64,000 nucleotides of DNA from Lama guanicoe (taxonomy: Eukaryota), in NCBI GenBank assembly GCA_013239625.1, contig MU053431.1:682001-746000 (forward strand), in the 5' to 3' direction. Both the position numbers and the translations under genes were made by a program. Numbering within the stretch: the first letter of the stretch is position 1; the number at the start of each line of letters is the position of its first letter. Below the pieces are notes generated by a model. That model had not been told where the DNA came from, searched no databases, and worked only from the letters and a program-made list of their open reading frames with translations. Of the stretch, positions 47,010-60,003 are shown one piece after another.

Positions 47010-47228
47010 CAGTTACACGCACACATATACACACAGATACATGTACATGTTCCTTTTCACACTCCTCCACCAGAGGCTATTACAAGATATTGAATGCAGT
47101 TCCCTGTGCTGCACAGCAGGACCTTATTGTGTATCTGTTTTATATAAAGCAGTTTGTATCTGCTAATCCCAAACTCCTCATTTATCCCTCCCTCCCCCTT
47201 GCCCCCGGTAACCATTAGTTTGTTTTCA
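47010..47228 (-). mobile_element. LINE-1 3' fragment, same family as the 25-kb insertion
   Basis: TTACAAGATATTGAATGCAGTTCCCTGTGCTG...AGTTTGTATCTGCTAATCCCAAACTCCT closely matches 25140-25290. Confidence 0.85.
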
Positions 47229-50200
47229 ATTAAAAAAAAGGAAGCCGTCCGTTCCGTGACGGTCTCTCCGGGACCGATGTGCCTTACTGACCGGCAGAAA
47301 GTCCTCATGAGCACCTCCGGTGGGGGTGGCCACCGACGTAACACGCTTAAAGTGAAGCACGGCCCACAGCACGCGGTGGGCAGGAGCCGGCCCTCCACGC
47401 TGAGCAGCTGCCGTTGCGGGTAACAGTTAAAGGGGGAGGATTCAAATCCCAGACCCCCATCTGTCGTCCGGGAAAGTTACTCGATTGCTAAGTTTCACCG
47501 ATGACACTAGAATGATCACTCCCACTTTGTAAGGATTCCACCAGGTGACATGAACCGCAGCTCAAGGCAGCCAGGTAGATGCTGTGTTATTACTCCCATC
47601 ACATAGGGCCGATGTTTCCCGAGGACTCACCTTTTGGGAGTGGACTGGATGTGACCTAGTAAACTGGACGGTGATCGGCCCTTGCACTGGTAACTCAGAA
47701 CAACTTTCTCCAACGACGATTCAGGAAGGAGGGGTCCCGCAGCCCGTGCACTGCCTCAGCTGGTGCAGACGTCCAGGCGGCCGAGCGGCCAGAGGTCCTG
47801 GACCCCAGGCCTGTCCCCGCGTGCGCCTGCCTGTGCTGAGACCAAGGCTCCCTGCGCGATCTTAGCGGCCGTGCTGTTTGCCCCTGGCTGCAGTGTTGCA
47901 CAAAGGACGAGTGTTGTAAACTTCTTTCCTTTCAGACTTGGCTATTATTACCACTCCTGCTCTCGAGAAAGGAAACACGGATTTAACTAAGTCAGTGCAG
48001 CCCGTCAGAGACAAGGCCCCCCCGACCCAGGGCCGCGCCAGGGCACCGCCAAGGGAGGGCTTTGTTTTCTCGGCTTCCCGTCGAAATCCACAGGTGTCAA
48101 GGCTTCGACAAGGCTCCCCGTTCACGACATTGCCGCGGGTTTGTAGGCCGCCTCAGGCAGGCCAGCGATCACAGGAAGCCACTACTGGAGCAGCGGGGGC
48201 CTTCGCTGGAACCATCTACAGGCCATTCGTAGAAATGATGAGGGCTCCAAACAATGGGAGCGGAAGGGGCTCCAGGAACCGCAAGCCCTGGAGGGGCGGC
48301 CTGGGCATTCCTCGGGCAGCAGGCCTGGGGCTCGCGGGTGATCCCGGAGAGGAGGGGGGACAGGTGTCCTGTCGGGGTGCCCGGCCTGCACCATCGGGAA
48401 GGAAGCTGAGACCCGTCTCCTTAAACGGCACATGCACTCTGGTGTGTCCTGACACACCCACCGTCGTGGGAAGCAGCCTCCGTGGCACAGAGCGGCCAGC
48501 CCTCCGACTCGCCCCCCTGCGCAGCCAGGCCTGACGCGATCAGCAGAGTGTGCTCTGTTCCCTCAGTCCCCGCCTTCTCCGCCAGGCCTGGGGACGCCTC
48601 TGGTTGTCTGGTGCAACGGGGTTTTGAGCCGATTTTCCAGCCGATGACCTCGTCCTTCGAAAGGAAGCACTTGCTGCGTGAGTATCTCCGGAAGCCGCCT
48701 GCAGGGGAGTCACGGCGACGAAAGTCCTTGTGATGAGTTACGGCTTCCTCGGTGGATTCGAGGGAAAAACCCTTTCATCTGAACTCTGGAATTTTCTCCC
48801 GCTCAGCAAAGAGTTCCAGGTGTCTGGGTGGAAGGCGTCCTGCTAACTTGGACCTCCGAGACCCACGCGCCTCAGCTGTCTGGCAACTGTTCCTTCTTTT
48901 CGCAGAGACACACCATCTGCTCCCGGATGCTCCAGAGGGACCGTCCACATCGTATGGGGTGTTTATCACACGGTCACCACTCCTGTGCGTGCAGAAATGT
49001 TTTGTCTACACGTATGAAACATTCGTCAAGGGACTGAAAGCATTTCCTACCATTTGCCTCAATTCATTCTCTGATTTCAACACCCGTCAAGGAAATCCGG
49101 TCTCGGTTGCTTTAAGCCCTGCACCCTCCCTCCCTTTCCTCTCAAAACCAAACCGTCTATCATTTATTTTCTAAGAATATAGAAGGTGTCCCTGCCTTCG
49201 GTTCGCTGTCTATACAAATAAACTGTGCAGCTTAGGAGAGGGGAGCACACTTTTTCACCAGCGGAAGTGAGCCGTGGCTCCAGCTGTGACCGCCAGTGGG
49301 TGAACGGCCCCCTGCCAGTCAGGACCCCGCTTCTGCCTTCGGAGTGCGCACTCGGACGTGTGGTGGTTGTAACAGTGGTGTGAGTCTTAACCCTGTCTGT
49401 GGGCGTTTGTCCCGGTGAAGCATCTGAATATTCCATTACACGGTGACTATGAAGCAGGGGGGAAGGCTGAACCGTGGCGTGAAGTATTCGCCTGGCGGAG
49501 ACGGCCAAACCCAAAACCCATGTTTTTTGTAGGGCTTTGGATGTCTTAAATAATAATTTTTTTTCATTTTGTTTTCCACTTGTCTAGAAAATTCTGTCTT
49601 CAGGTCCATGATAATTACCTTAAACCCACCTTCTTTGGTAAACGGCGACCAAGAATTTCACTGCGACAGGGCAGGTGTTAGAACAGCTTCTTTCCAAAAA
49701 TCTCAAAGTCTCCTTGTCGCTGAAATCTCAAACTCCACCACTGTAAAAAAAAGAAAAAGTAAAATAAAAAGCGAGCTAGCATATCCGTTTGCATCTGTCT
49801 TATCCTCTCACTGCACCTTGTTATTTGAAGGGAGCGTGATCTAGCCGCGTGACTTGCACCTGACGGAAGCCCCGGGGAAGGGAAGCCCCTACCAGACAAT
49901 TTGAATAAAGAAGACGATTCCTATTAGGGTATCAGATTGTGTCAATAAGCCTGCACGGTTCTTAGACGTCATGAACGGAACTGAGCGTGTGTTTAAGGAG
50001 CTTAGCAGCATCCAGTGACATCTGGTAGCCCTTCCCTCCCAGGTCAGGCCACCCCCGTCTGTCAGACAGAGACGACGGGATTACCTAAATTAACACCCTT
50101 CCAGCTCTAATTGAATTCTATTTTCTCAATCCCGAATAAATACATTTCAACTGCTGCTGCGGTCAGACGGAGAGAAAGAGCGTCTTTAATGCCTCCCCTG

Positions 50201-50619
50201 TGGATTCAATGCCTGTTCTACCTGGGAGAGTAATGATGCCAACATCCCGGGACCACACTGAAGGGATAACGGTTAGTTAAACATGCCAGGTCTTTATAGA
50301 GCAGATAAGCATTTTAATTTGCATTTATGAAAATCAAAACGTGAGCTCGGGAAGCCAGCGCAAGTTTGTGCCTCCCCAGGCCCTGGAGCCGCAAAGCCGT
50401 AGGATCAGGAAGCAAGGCGGGTGCTGTGCTTTCCCTCAAGGACCTGCCACTGTCCCGTCTGTCCCCGCACAGAGTTCTCGAAAGTGGTCTTTAAATCGGC
50501 ACCTCTGACGGCCCACCCGCCTGGCTGACGCCTCCAGCAGCCTCCAGTCCCTCTGCCCCCAAGACCAGAGGAACCAACGTGGCTGCCGTGGCCCAGGCTT
50601 GGCCCGTGGATTTCCCCTC

Positions 50620-50900
50620 CGCCACACCCTGCCACTCTGTCACTTCCTGCCCTTCCTACTCACGGTTCCCTTGCACCCCAGGACCTTTGCGTATGCTCTT
50701 TCTGCCTACAAAGCTCACACACAAGATCTGTAATCACCTGGTTATTGACGTCATTGTTGGATTCTTGTGTATCTGTACTGATTCCAGGGCCCTCAGCTCA
50801 TTCATTCAATATCACAGACCCAGAACATTTCGCCCAGCACCCAGTATGGTCTCCATAAGTTTCTGATTGATTCAATGAATACATCAATCGATTGATCAAT
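50620..50900 (+). mobile_element. L2 3' end
   Basis: CCCAGGACCTTTGCGTATGCT...CCCAGAACATTTCGCCCAGCACCCAGTATGGTCTCCATAAGTTTCTGATTGATTCAATGAAT. Confidence 0.65.
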
Positions 50901-51452
50901 GCCCTAATTTGCAAATTCTGTTGAGCCTAAAAATAAACAAGCAATTTAGTCAATTTATTCTTGGTGACTCCCATGATCCAATACCTCTTAAATCCAGAAT
51001 TACTCCCTGTTCATTAATGTCCATATTCTTTGCTCTCATTTCTCTTTGCTCCATCCCTTACAATTTTCAGGTGAGTCAACCCATCACAATTTACCCAAGC
51101 GACACTGGACTCCCCCTCAGTACCCAGACCTTCATTTTCTGCACCTGCGATTCCTTCCTGAGGCGGTTTGACGGCACAGCAGCTACGACTCCCTCTCGAG
51201 TTCTCGGTGCAGCATGTTCCAGGGCTTCCCAAGATGTGGCCTCCCTCCTCCCCTGCTGCCCCTGCCCGAAAGGTGACTGTGACCCCCGGCGCTCTTTGCA
51301 AACGTGGCCGAGGGTGTTACCCACCTGTCTGGGCTCTAGGAAATGCCTGGGGAGACGGCCCATTGGTTCCAAACTGGGAAGCCAGGGTCCTCTTTTCAGC
51401 CAGCAGCTCAGGACACCAGGGGGAGACTTTAGGGACAGAGAGAGCCTGCGGG

Positions 51453-51560
51453 GGGCTGGCAAGTGTTAACAATGCGCTTTCAGCAGAAGGGCTGGGAAGG
51501 ACTCCATCTGTAGTGTCCGCCCATTTCCCTGATGTAAATACTCTCACTGTGGTCAACTGT
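51453..51560 (+). mobile_element. hAT MITE remnant (MER63-like)
   Basis: GCTGGCAAGTGTTAACAA...ATCTGTAGTGTCCGCCCATTTCCCTGATGTAAATACTCTCACTGTGG. Confidence 0.5.
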
Positions 51561-53169
51561 GAGTCAGCAGTGTGGGTCCCACGAGGGGAGGGGAGGGAAG
51601 GGGTGAGCAGGGGACTCTCATGGGTCCCAGGAGCCGCTTCCAACACCAGGGTGCCTTGGGTTCACCAGAGAGGACACAGGAGCAGCAAGAGCTGCTCCCT
51701 TTGGTCCAGCTCGGTTCTTGCCCGGGACACACCTGTGTCACATTTTCACAGCGCTGACCCCGCCACCCGCGGGGACATGCTTGTTACCCGGCGTGCTGGT
51801 CGACCTCCTGCAGAGACTCGGACGCTCAAGGGAACAGAGGCCCTACTGTCCTCTTCTGAGGAAGCCTGGCCCCGCTGCCCAGCTCCCGTGTCTGCTCAGC
51901 CCCCCTGCCTTGATTTCCTCGTCGAGCGGAAGACGGTTCCCACCTCTGGCTACGAGAACCTGCAAGAAAAAACTGGATTCAGTCTCGGTCCTAAGTGCTT
52001 ATCAGCTGTTGTCTTCCTGGAGGCCCTTCTGAGTCTTCGGAAGCGCTTCCCTAACCACCTAACGAAACGGATTGAAAGCCGCACACCTAACTCGGGTATT
52101 CCATGGGAGACGTCTCTGCAGCTCTAAAACCACAGGCAACATGCTGGGGAATCCGACGAAACAGCCTCCTCAAAATAAGACCAACGGCGGAGTGAGCGGA
52201 CGCAGGGCAGGGGGCAGAACACGCGAGAAGCCGCAAACCTCAAGTGTCCTTCGCCTCGCCCCCAGCCCAGGGAAGCCTTCCTCTTCGCCCGACTCTCCTG
52301 CTTCAGGTTCCACCCTCCCCCCCGGCCCCGCCTCCTGGCGGCAGAGGAGACGTGTCTCATTGAATAGAAACCCAACTATTTACGTCCTGTGAATCAGGGG
52401 CTTGGAAATCAGACTCCAGAGCCTGGACTGGGCGCAGCCTGACTGCCTCGCCCGTGAGCCCGGGAACCAGGCCTGCCATCTGCTTTGAGGAGATGAGGAA
52501 AGGGCTTGGGGGGAGGCGGAAGGGAGAGGACCCTCAGCCTGCAGAGTCCACTAGCAAGCGGCTTTGACTCTGTCTTGTGTTTGTTTTGGGGGTGTGTGCA
52601 TGTCAGCGGGAAGGAGAGAGGCCAAGAAGGAGTCCTGGTTATGGACGGGGAAGAGCAGCCTCTTCGCCCGATGAGCAGCAATCCAGATGTGGGCGAAGCA
52701 CGAGGCTCGAAGCACAGCTGCTGGTGCAAATTTGTGTCTCCGAAGTTAGCGTCAAAGGTCGAGCGTGGGCTGCGGAGAAGCAGCCCCCGGTCGGGCGCGG
52801 CATCTGGGCGCTGGGGCGGCAGAGGGAGGATCCCCTCTGCACGTGCAGCTGGGCGCCTCCACTCGCCGTCGCCCCCGACCCTGGGCACAGGAGCCCTGTG
52901 CGTGCGACGCTGGAGCAGAGGTGGGGCCCCGGCCTCCCGATGGTATGAGCAATTGTCTGAAATAGAAGTCTTCCTGACAGTGGAGATTCCTACTTGTCCC
53001 CTTAGAAATTGAGCTACTTTTTAAAAGCACGATACTGACACCCTCCCCTTGTATTCACGGGGCCCCCTAGGATCTGTCCACGTGGCAGCGTGTCCCCACA
53101 GCCCCACTGCCCTTACGAAGACAGGGTCAACCTCCCTATCGCTGTAACGGAAACGGCGGGGCTGTCGGC

Positions 53170-53845
53170 CCTGCCGTCGGAGAGCGTGACTGACATCTGA
53201 CGCGCCACACCTGTTTAGCGTGTGTGTAATTGATAGTTCGACACAGGACACACCCATGAGACCACCCCCGCAGTCCACCTCTAGTTTGGACTCTGTCCCC
53301 TCTAGAGGCTCCCTTCTGCCCGTCGTCACGGCCCCACCCCTGCTTTTGTGCCCAGACACCCACGAGCTGCTCTCCAGCACCAGAGACTAATTTCCATCTT
53401 CCCGAGTTTTACAGACGTGGAAGGGCACGTGCGTGTCTGGCTTCTTTCACCCGAGTGATTGCCCTCAAATCCGTCCCCGTGGCCACTGTGCCCACAGCCC
53501 AGCCTTTCTATCAGAGCTGCTTCCGTTGCGTGGATGCTCCACGGTTTCTCAGCGCTTCTGTCCATGGACATTTGGGGTGTTTCCAGTTTGGGTCGATGCC
53601 CATGAAGTAGCTCCCACAGCCCTGGACGTGTTTCTGCGCAGACGAATGCTTGCTTTTCTGACAAACACCCGGGAACGGGCTGTCTCGCTCACATGGTGGA
53701 TGTAAGTTTACCTTTTTCGTTGTTGAGGCACAAATGACATGACATTATACCAGTTCCAAGTGTACAACATAAAGATTTCATATTTGTATGAGGTTTAACT
53801 TTTTAAGACACGGCCAGGCTGCTTTCCAAGGTAGTTGCCACATGT
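53170..53845 (-). mobile_element. L1ME-like 3' fragment, with a short younger L1 3'-end insertion at ~53715-53790
   Basis: ACACACCCATGAGACCACC...GTGTCTGGCTTCTTTCAC...ATGGACATTTGGGGTGTTTCCAGTTTGGG...GTTTAACTTTTTAAGACACGGCCAGGCTGCTTTCCAAGGTAGTTG. Confidence 0.75.
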
Positions 53846-55164
53846 ATATGCACGTATATATTTGTACACTTTATATGCATTTATTTATATACCTAAAGCA
53901 CCACGTCAATTTGTACACAAACCTATGTAAGGGGTGTGTTTGCATGTTTGTGTCTTCATCACGTAGAAGAATTCACATCAAACTCAACACTTCCCTCCAC
54001 AAGGTACAACTGAGGCTCTGAAATTTTACCTCAGTTTTGAAATAATTTTCCAGCATGTGTTACTTAAATAAGTTTTAAAAATTACTTTATAGACAATAGA
54101 GGGTGTTGGGGGGAAGGGCCTGCCGTCACCCCTCCGGGACTTGACCCACCTTGTGCACTTTGACCCTCCCCGGGCTGTTAACGCCACGTCCCCAGGCACC
54201 TGTCTCCACCTACGAACGAGTGTGGGAGAGCCAGGTGAGGGTGTGCTGTGCGTCAGGTTCGCAGACACAGCACCCACCCCGCACCCTGGATTGTGGGGCG
54301 ACCAGCCCCAGCACCGGGTGAGCGTGCTGCCCTCACAGCCTCCGTCTCACCTTGATGAACTTCTCCCAGGGACCTCAGACATCTGTCCCAGCGAGCAAAA
54401 CCCTTCACCAGACTTCTTCTCCCAAATGATGATCGTGTGTCACGGGGACATGCTGTCGCGTGAGATTACGTTACTAGCGTTTCTGAGCGCACCTAACCAG
54501 CCCTCTGTGTGATGAAAACTCCAGGGAAAGAAGATTTTGCAGATGGTAGGTGGCAACCGAGTTTTGAACGATGGCCCGAGAGCACCTTTCTGAGTAGCAT
54601 CCCTCCGTTCTCTTGAACAGCAGCCCACTCTGCGTTTTGAAAGATCAGACACCGGATTAGCCCCCAGAGAAGCGTCACTAACGTGGCTCCCCACGCGGAG
54701 GTTACGAGAGGCTCCTCCGTCGGGGGCCACAGCCCAACCCGTGGCCTTCTGATCAGGAGGCTCGAGGCGAGACACCTAGTGGGAAGGGGGGGGGGTCCCG
54801 GCCAGCGAGCACAGAGACCCGATGGCCCCGCGCCCTGCCCAGCGCTCCTTCCAGCCCCCGCAAATGGCGAGAGTCTGGGAACCTGTGCGGAGAGTCATCG
54901 CGGCTCCCAGGAGAGAAACGCCCCTCTAAGGACCAGGACGCCGCTCAGGGTGGACTCTCTCATTTCAGGAGACGCCGGTCACGGCCAGGGGTCCGTGCGC
55001 TGGGCTGGGTATAGGAAGGTTACGGGATGACCTTTGGGAGTCCCCCTGCATTTAGTTAAATGTAACTGCTTCCGGGTAGAACTGACTTAGTATTAAACTC
55101 ATGTCAGTTTTTAAACGTGAGTCGCCCCCATTGGTAATAAATATAAAGTTGAAACACCACTTTG

Positions 55165-55310
55165 AGTCAGTTTTGAGTCCATTGTGGACACGCGGCTCAC
55201 TTTATGACGTTTGTAAATGAGCGAGCGTCTCTGGGCTTCAGTTTTCTCAGCTGTAAAGTGAAGGTGATAGCACCTGCCTTGCAGGCCTGGCACGTGTGAA
55301 GCCACTTAAT
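55165..55310 (+). mobile_element. MIR fragment
   Basis: TCTCTGGGCTTCAGTTTTCTCAGCTGTAAAGTGAAGGTGATAGCACCTGCCTTGCAGG. Confidence 0.7.
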
Positions 55311-55419
55311 TAGAAGCAGTGCTGGGAGCGTGATACAGGCTACGGCAGTGTTGACATGAGCGTTCATGTCATTTCTGTCTAAAGTTGGATCCCCTTTGCT
55401 TCAGTAGAAGGGCACCCAC

Positions 55420-55900
55420 TGTCACTCACTCACTCATCCGTTCATTTATACGACCAATATTTATCAAGCACCTAGTATGAGCTGGTGGCAGGGTCTCAGC
55501 TAGTCGTCGTGAACAAAGCAGAACTTAAAATCGGGGAGCAGAGGCATGGCGTGGAGGTGCAGGTGCCAAAGGGCGTATCAAGGGAACCTGCCAGGGACAG
55601 CGGGGGGGATGCAAAGGGAGGGTGGGGATCTACGAAGGCTTGGGCTGGAGCCATGACTCTGTTCTAGAAAGAGCAGGTGGCAGAGGAGCTGAGAACAGCG
55701 ACAGGGAATGCCAGTTCACGGGCGGCTGCACTCTTCTGACGGGAGGATGAGGGTCGTTTGGAAGGGAGGCCAGTAAATGTGGGAGATCGTCCAGAAGATG
55801 AAGTTCGGAGATGGACTGGATATGAGGGTGCAGGAAACGGAGGCATCAGGAATGGCTCTGAGATTTTGAGCTTCCGTATCTGGGTGGAAGGTGCAGGCCT
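55420..55900 (-). mobile_element. L2 fragment
   Basis: CACTCACTCACTCATCCGTTCATT...AATATTTATCAAGCACCTAGTATG...GACTGGATATGAGGG...GGCATCAGGAATGGCTCTGAGATTTTGAGCTT. Confidence 0.7.
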
Positions 55901-56149
55901 TGCCTGGAGCGGGAACCGCTGGAACACTGTGTCTCCGGGGAAAGGGCCGCAGGTGAGGAAGATGCAGCCATTGTGGAATAAGAAAGGACTGGGTGCTTCC
56001 TGGGTGCCTACCAAAGAGTCTTTTCTAAAGGAAAAAAACGGGCTTGAGGCTTTTATTGAGTTGTTCAAGTACCGACTGTTTAATAGGAGTAACTCTGCGA
56101 AACAGGACAAAACGGTGGCTGTCCAGGCTGTCACATACGGGACAGGAAT

Positions 56150-56290
56150 ACTGTGTAATTACACACAGTCACCCCATCCAAGACGACCCAGAGAGAGTCA
56201 GAAAACTGACTTGTCACCCGACTAGAAGTAGCAGAACATGAATTTGAACCCAGATCGGCCTGAGTCCAGGCCCTATTGCCATTCTAAGGG
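56150..56290 (-). mobile_element. MIR fragment
   Basis: CCCAGAGAGAGT...TGACTTG...ACTAGAAGTAGCAGAACATGAATTTGAACCCAGATC..CCTGAGTCCAG. Confidence 0.65.
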
Positions 56291-56584
56291 CACCTTGCAG
56301 AATTCTCGAGAATTCTTTTGTGGAGGTTAAAAGAGAGAAATCTTGAAAGTAATGAAAAGGTGAGATAACATCTTGCAGATTTCCAGTGTGAGATACAATT
56401 GGTGGGCATTCACGAGCCTTGGCAGGTACTCTGACAGTTGCTTAGAAGATGCCCCAGCCAGGTAGCCAGATAAGATCAAGTCTCTGTAATGGAATTTCTG
56501 TTCACTGTGAGTGAATGAAACACAGCGCAAGCAGAGTGGAGTGAAAGCCTTCAGATTTTACTTCAATGATGGAGAGACCCAGAG

Positions 56585-59335
56585 AGATTATTACTTCCAC
56601 CTTTATAACAAGTGAAGGACTAGACAAACTGCCAGCCGCTGACTTCTCTTGAACCCATCACAGAATCTAAGTTGCAGAGCAAACACAAAAAACCCAAAAC
56701 CTGGGGAGAGACAGATGCTGGCAGGGAAAAAGAAGACCCACACATTTGCTTATGCAGAGCAGATGTTACCTGAAGGCACGTATGCTAAAGGAAAACTCAG
56801 CTTTAAATTGTTAACTAATAGGGGCCAAGTGCAGGCGAGCCTGAGCGTGTAAAGTGCGTGGTGACTATAGACATGGGGAAGGTTTGCACCATCTTACGAA
56901 CACACCCAGTGTCGCAGGTTTGCATGCAAAAGTGAAATATGTGTGAACTACAAGGCAACAATGCATGTGGTGCGGGGGGGAGGGAGGAACCAGGGACGCC
57001 CTGCTCTAAGTCCCTTGCCCTACCCGTGAAATGGTATCATATTACTTGAAGGTGAACCTAGATTTTTTAAAAAGTATATTGTAGATACTAGGGCAAACAT
57101 TAAAAAATAAGAGGTATAAATATGTAACAGAAGAAATAAAATGCAATCGTAGAATGCATAGTTAAACTTAGAGAAGGCCGAAAGAGGGAGAAATTTGTAA
57201 AAAGTGAAATGAACAGAGAACAGCAACAAAATGGTATGTTTTCACCCAGTGCTATCAATAATCATTTTAAATGTGAATGGTCTAAATAAATGACAAAAGA
57301 CAGAAATGGTCAGGTTGGATTAAAAGCATGGAAGACTCAACTGTATGGTGTCCAGAAGAAATCCATTTTAAACTTAAAGACACAGATGCAATGAAAGGAA
57401 AAGTAGAGAGAGTGACGTACTGTGCAAGCACAAACTGATGGAAAGCTGGAGTGGCCGTATTATTTCACACACAGAATGCAAGGCTGGTTCAACATCAAAA
57501 CTAGAATAATTCATTGCATTAATACTATAAAGAAGAAAAACATAAGACCATTTTAATAAAGGTAGGAAAATTAATCAGACAAAATTCAACATCAATTTAT
57601 GATAGACTGTCTCAGCAAACTAGGAAAAGGAAGGAACATCTTTGACCTAACAAAGGTCACCTACAGAAATAAAAGCTTAAAAAACTTACAGCTAACAACA
57701 CAGTAAGTAAAGAGAAACTGAATGCTTTTCCCCCTGAGATTAGGAACAAGTCAGAGCCATCCCCAACCCCCATTTCTATCCGACTCCACCCTGGAAGGCC
57801 TGGCCAGCGAAATAAAGAAAGTAAAGAGATAAAAGGCTAATGGCATGCAGCTTACAAAGGGACAGATGAAACCGTCTTTATCTGCACGTGGCATAAGTCT
57901 TTCCTGGGAGAAATCACAACGAATCTCAAAAAGAGTTCCCAGAAGGGACATGTGAGATTGGCAGGGTCTCAGGACGCAAGGCCAACGTGCCAGTGACTTG
58001 TTTTCCTCTGCTCCATCAATGAACAGTTGGATTCTGAAACTTCTAAAAGCAAATAGTCAACTGCCTTTTGACAAAGGTGCACTGATAATTTGACAGAGAG
58101 TCTATAGTCTTTGGGGGTTTGTTTGGTTCTTTCTTGGGGGAGGTAATTAGTTTTACTTATTTATTTCCTAATGGGGGCACTGGGGATTGAACCCAGGACC
58201 TCGTGCATGTTGAGCTGTACCCTTCCCTCCTCCATAGTCTTATCAACAAATGCTGCTGGATGTTTTTATGGGGGGAAAAGGAACCTCAACACAAATTTCA
58301 CATACTACACACAAAAAAATCTAAAGGTAAAACAAAATGTTAAAATTATGGAAGAAAACGTCTTCTAGAGACTTTGTAGGGAGAAAATCCATGTGACCTG
58401 GGTTTGGCAATGAGTTTGTGGCCATAACACCAAGACTTTCATCCTTGAAAGAAAAAAAAATGGTAAACTGGACTTTTTTCAAACCAAAACGTTTACTTTG
58501 TGAAAGACACTGTTAAGAGAATGAGAAGACAAACTACAAACTTGGGAAAATATTTTCAAACCACACATCCAATAAGAGACTTGCATATGGTACACATAAA
58601 GAACTCTTAAACTCAAAAACCCAATTTAAAAGTGGGTGAAGATCTGAACAGACACCTCACCAGGTGATAAATGGATGCCAAGCAGGCATAGGAATAAATA
58701 CTCGACATCCTTAGTCGTTAGGGAGCTGCAGACTGAAACAGCAATGAGACACCGCCACACGCTCATCAGAACGGCTGAAACACAAAGGGACGGCGCCCAG
58801 TGCTCCTGACCGCACAGTGAGAGCCAGAAGCACCGTCAGCCAGTGCCGGAGGGAACGCAAGTGGCCCGGGAGCTTCGGTCAGGAGGCGTCCACATTCTCA
58901 CACAGCTGAGCTATGCCACCCGGCCATCCTACTGTTAAGTATTACCCGCGTGGACTGAAAATGTGTGGTCAAGGAAAACCGGTACACAGGTATTTATAGA
59001 AGCTTTATTCTGAACTGCCCCAATTGGAAACAATTCACGTGCTCCTTAACAGGTGAATGGATTATCAAACCATGGTATTGTTTGTAAAATGGGAAACTCC
59101 CCATCAGTACAGAAGAATGTCATCAGTTCACACAACAACGTGGATGACTCGCAAGTGTGTTCTGCTAAGTGGAAAAGGCCAGACCCAAGAGGCAACACAC
59201 TGTGTAATTCCATCTATGAGACATTTTGGAAAAGCAAAACCACAGGATGGAAAAGAGACCAGTGATTACTCAAATGTGGGGCTGGGAGAGGAATTCAGTA
59301 CAAGAGGCCATACAGGGGGAAAGGGCATTGTCACA
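56585..59335 (+). mobile_element. Fragmented old LINE-1 (L1MD/L1MC-like) with several internal deletions
   Basis: L1M 5'-like segment ~56590-56950, inter-ORF and ORF2 start ~57025-57470, RT fragments (GAATGCAAGGCTGGTTCAACATC, AATGCTTTTCCCCCTGAGATTAGGAACAAG), and 3' fragments (GATCTGAACAGACACCTCACC; GAGACATTTTGGAAAAGCAAAAC). Confidence 0.85.
58112..58233 (-). mobile_element. tRNA-derived SINE, camelid Vic-1-like, internally deleted, inserted into L1
   Basis: Reverse complement reads GGGAAGGGTACAGCTCAACATGCACGAGGTCCTGGGTTCAATCCCCAGTGCCC...AAATAAATAAGTAAAACTAATTACCTCCCCC. Perfect 8-bp TSD ATAGTCTT at 58104-58111 and 58234-58241. Confidence 0.9.
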
Positions 59336-59374
59336 GCCTCAGCCTCTCTCCCTAAAATGTTCACTGATTCCTGG

Positions 59375-59560
59375 AGTGGGTTTAACAAACGTCCACGCGT
59401 TCTTTAACATTCCTCCCTCCGGGAGATGGAGCTTAATTCTCTCCCTTGAGGATGGGCTGGTTTTAGCAATTCCCTCCTAATGACCAGAGCCTGGACAGGG
59501 AGAAAGGGTAAGTCTGCAGTGGAGGAATCCGGGAGAGCACCTTATCCATGTGGTGGGGTT
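59375..59560 (+). mobile_element. L1MC3/4-like 3'UTR fragment
   Basis: TTCTTTAACATTCCTCCCTCCGGGAGATGGAGCTTAATTCTCTCCCTTGAGGATGGGCTGG...TGCAGTGGAGGAATCCGG. Confidence 0.6.
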
Positions 59561-59664
59561 TCCACCGCCGGTCACGCGTGCCGACAGCTGGGACCCCTGC
59601 ACCGGGAGAGGAGGGGAGCGCCCCTCCTCTGGGGCCGCCTTCTCCCAAATCCACAACCTGCTCC

Positions 59665-59785
59665 TTCACACACACGCACTCGCTGACACAGACCTCCCGT
59701 CATGCACACGTGGACACAGGCTGCCCACTCACATCCACACACAGACACACCCACCCGCAGAGACACACACACACTGACACTCCCC
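59665..59785. repeat. Degenerate CA-rich low-complexity tract
   Basis: Interrupted (CA)n / CACAGACACAC runs. Confidence 0.7.
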
Positions 59786-59849
59786 ACGCCTCGCGCCCGT
59801 CCTCCGCGCATGACCAGCCCGGGTTCAGCTCTCCCTGGCTTCCATGCTC

Positions 59850-60003
59850 ATGATCTTGTTGGCGCATTTGCTCGTCTGCAGTCACTGTGGTCCCTGCTCC
59901 AGGAGGGACCTTCGGCAGCAACGCCATCTCTTTTACCGTCTGCTCCCCAGCACCCAACGCAGTGCCTGGCACAGTAGAGACTTAATAAATATTTGCATTT
60001 GAG
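59850..60003 (+). mobile_element. L2 3' end
   Basis: CCCCAGCACCCAACGCAGTGCCTGGCACAGTAGAGACTTAATAAATATTTG. Confidence 0.8.

Noticed and set aside
50883-50896. 14-bp palindrome ATCAATCGATTGAT
   Set aside because: Several palindromes of this length are expected by chance, and it sits in a decayed L2 (TGAA)n tail.
51168-52127. 319-aa ORF
   Set aside because: Non-ATG start, no recognisable domain, and it runs through a MER63-like remnant.
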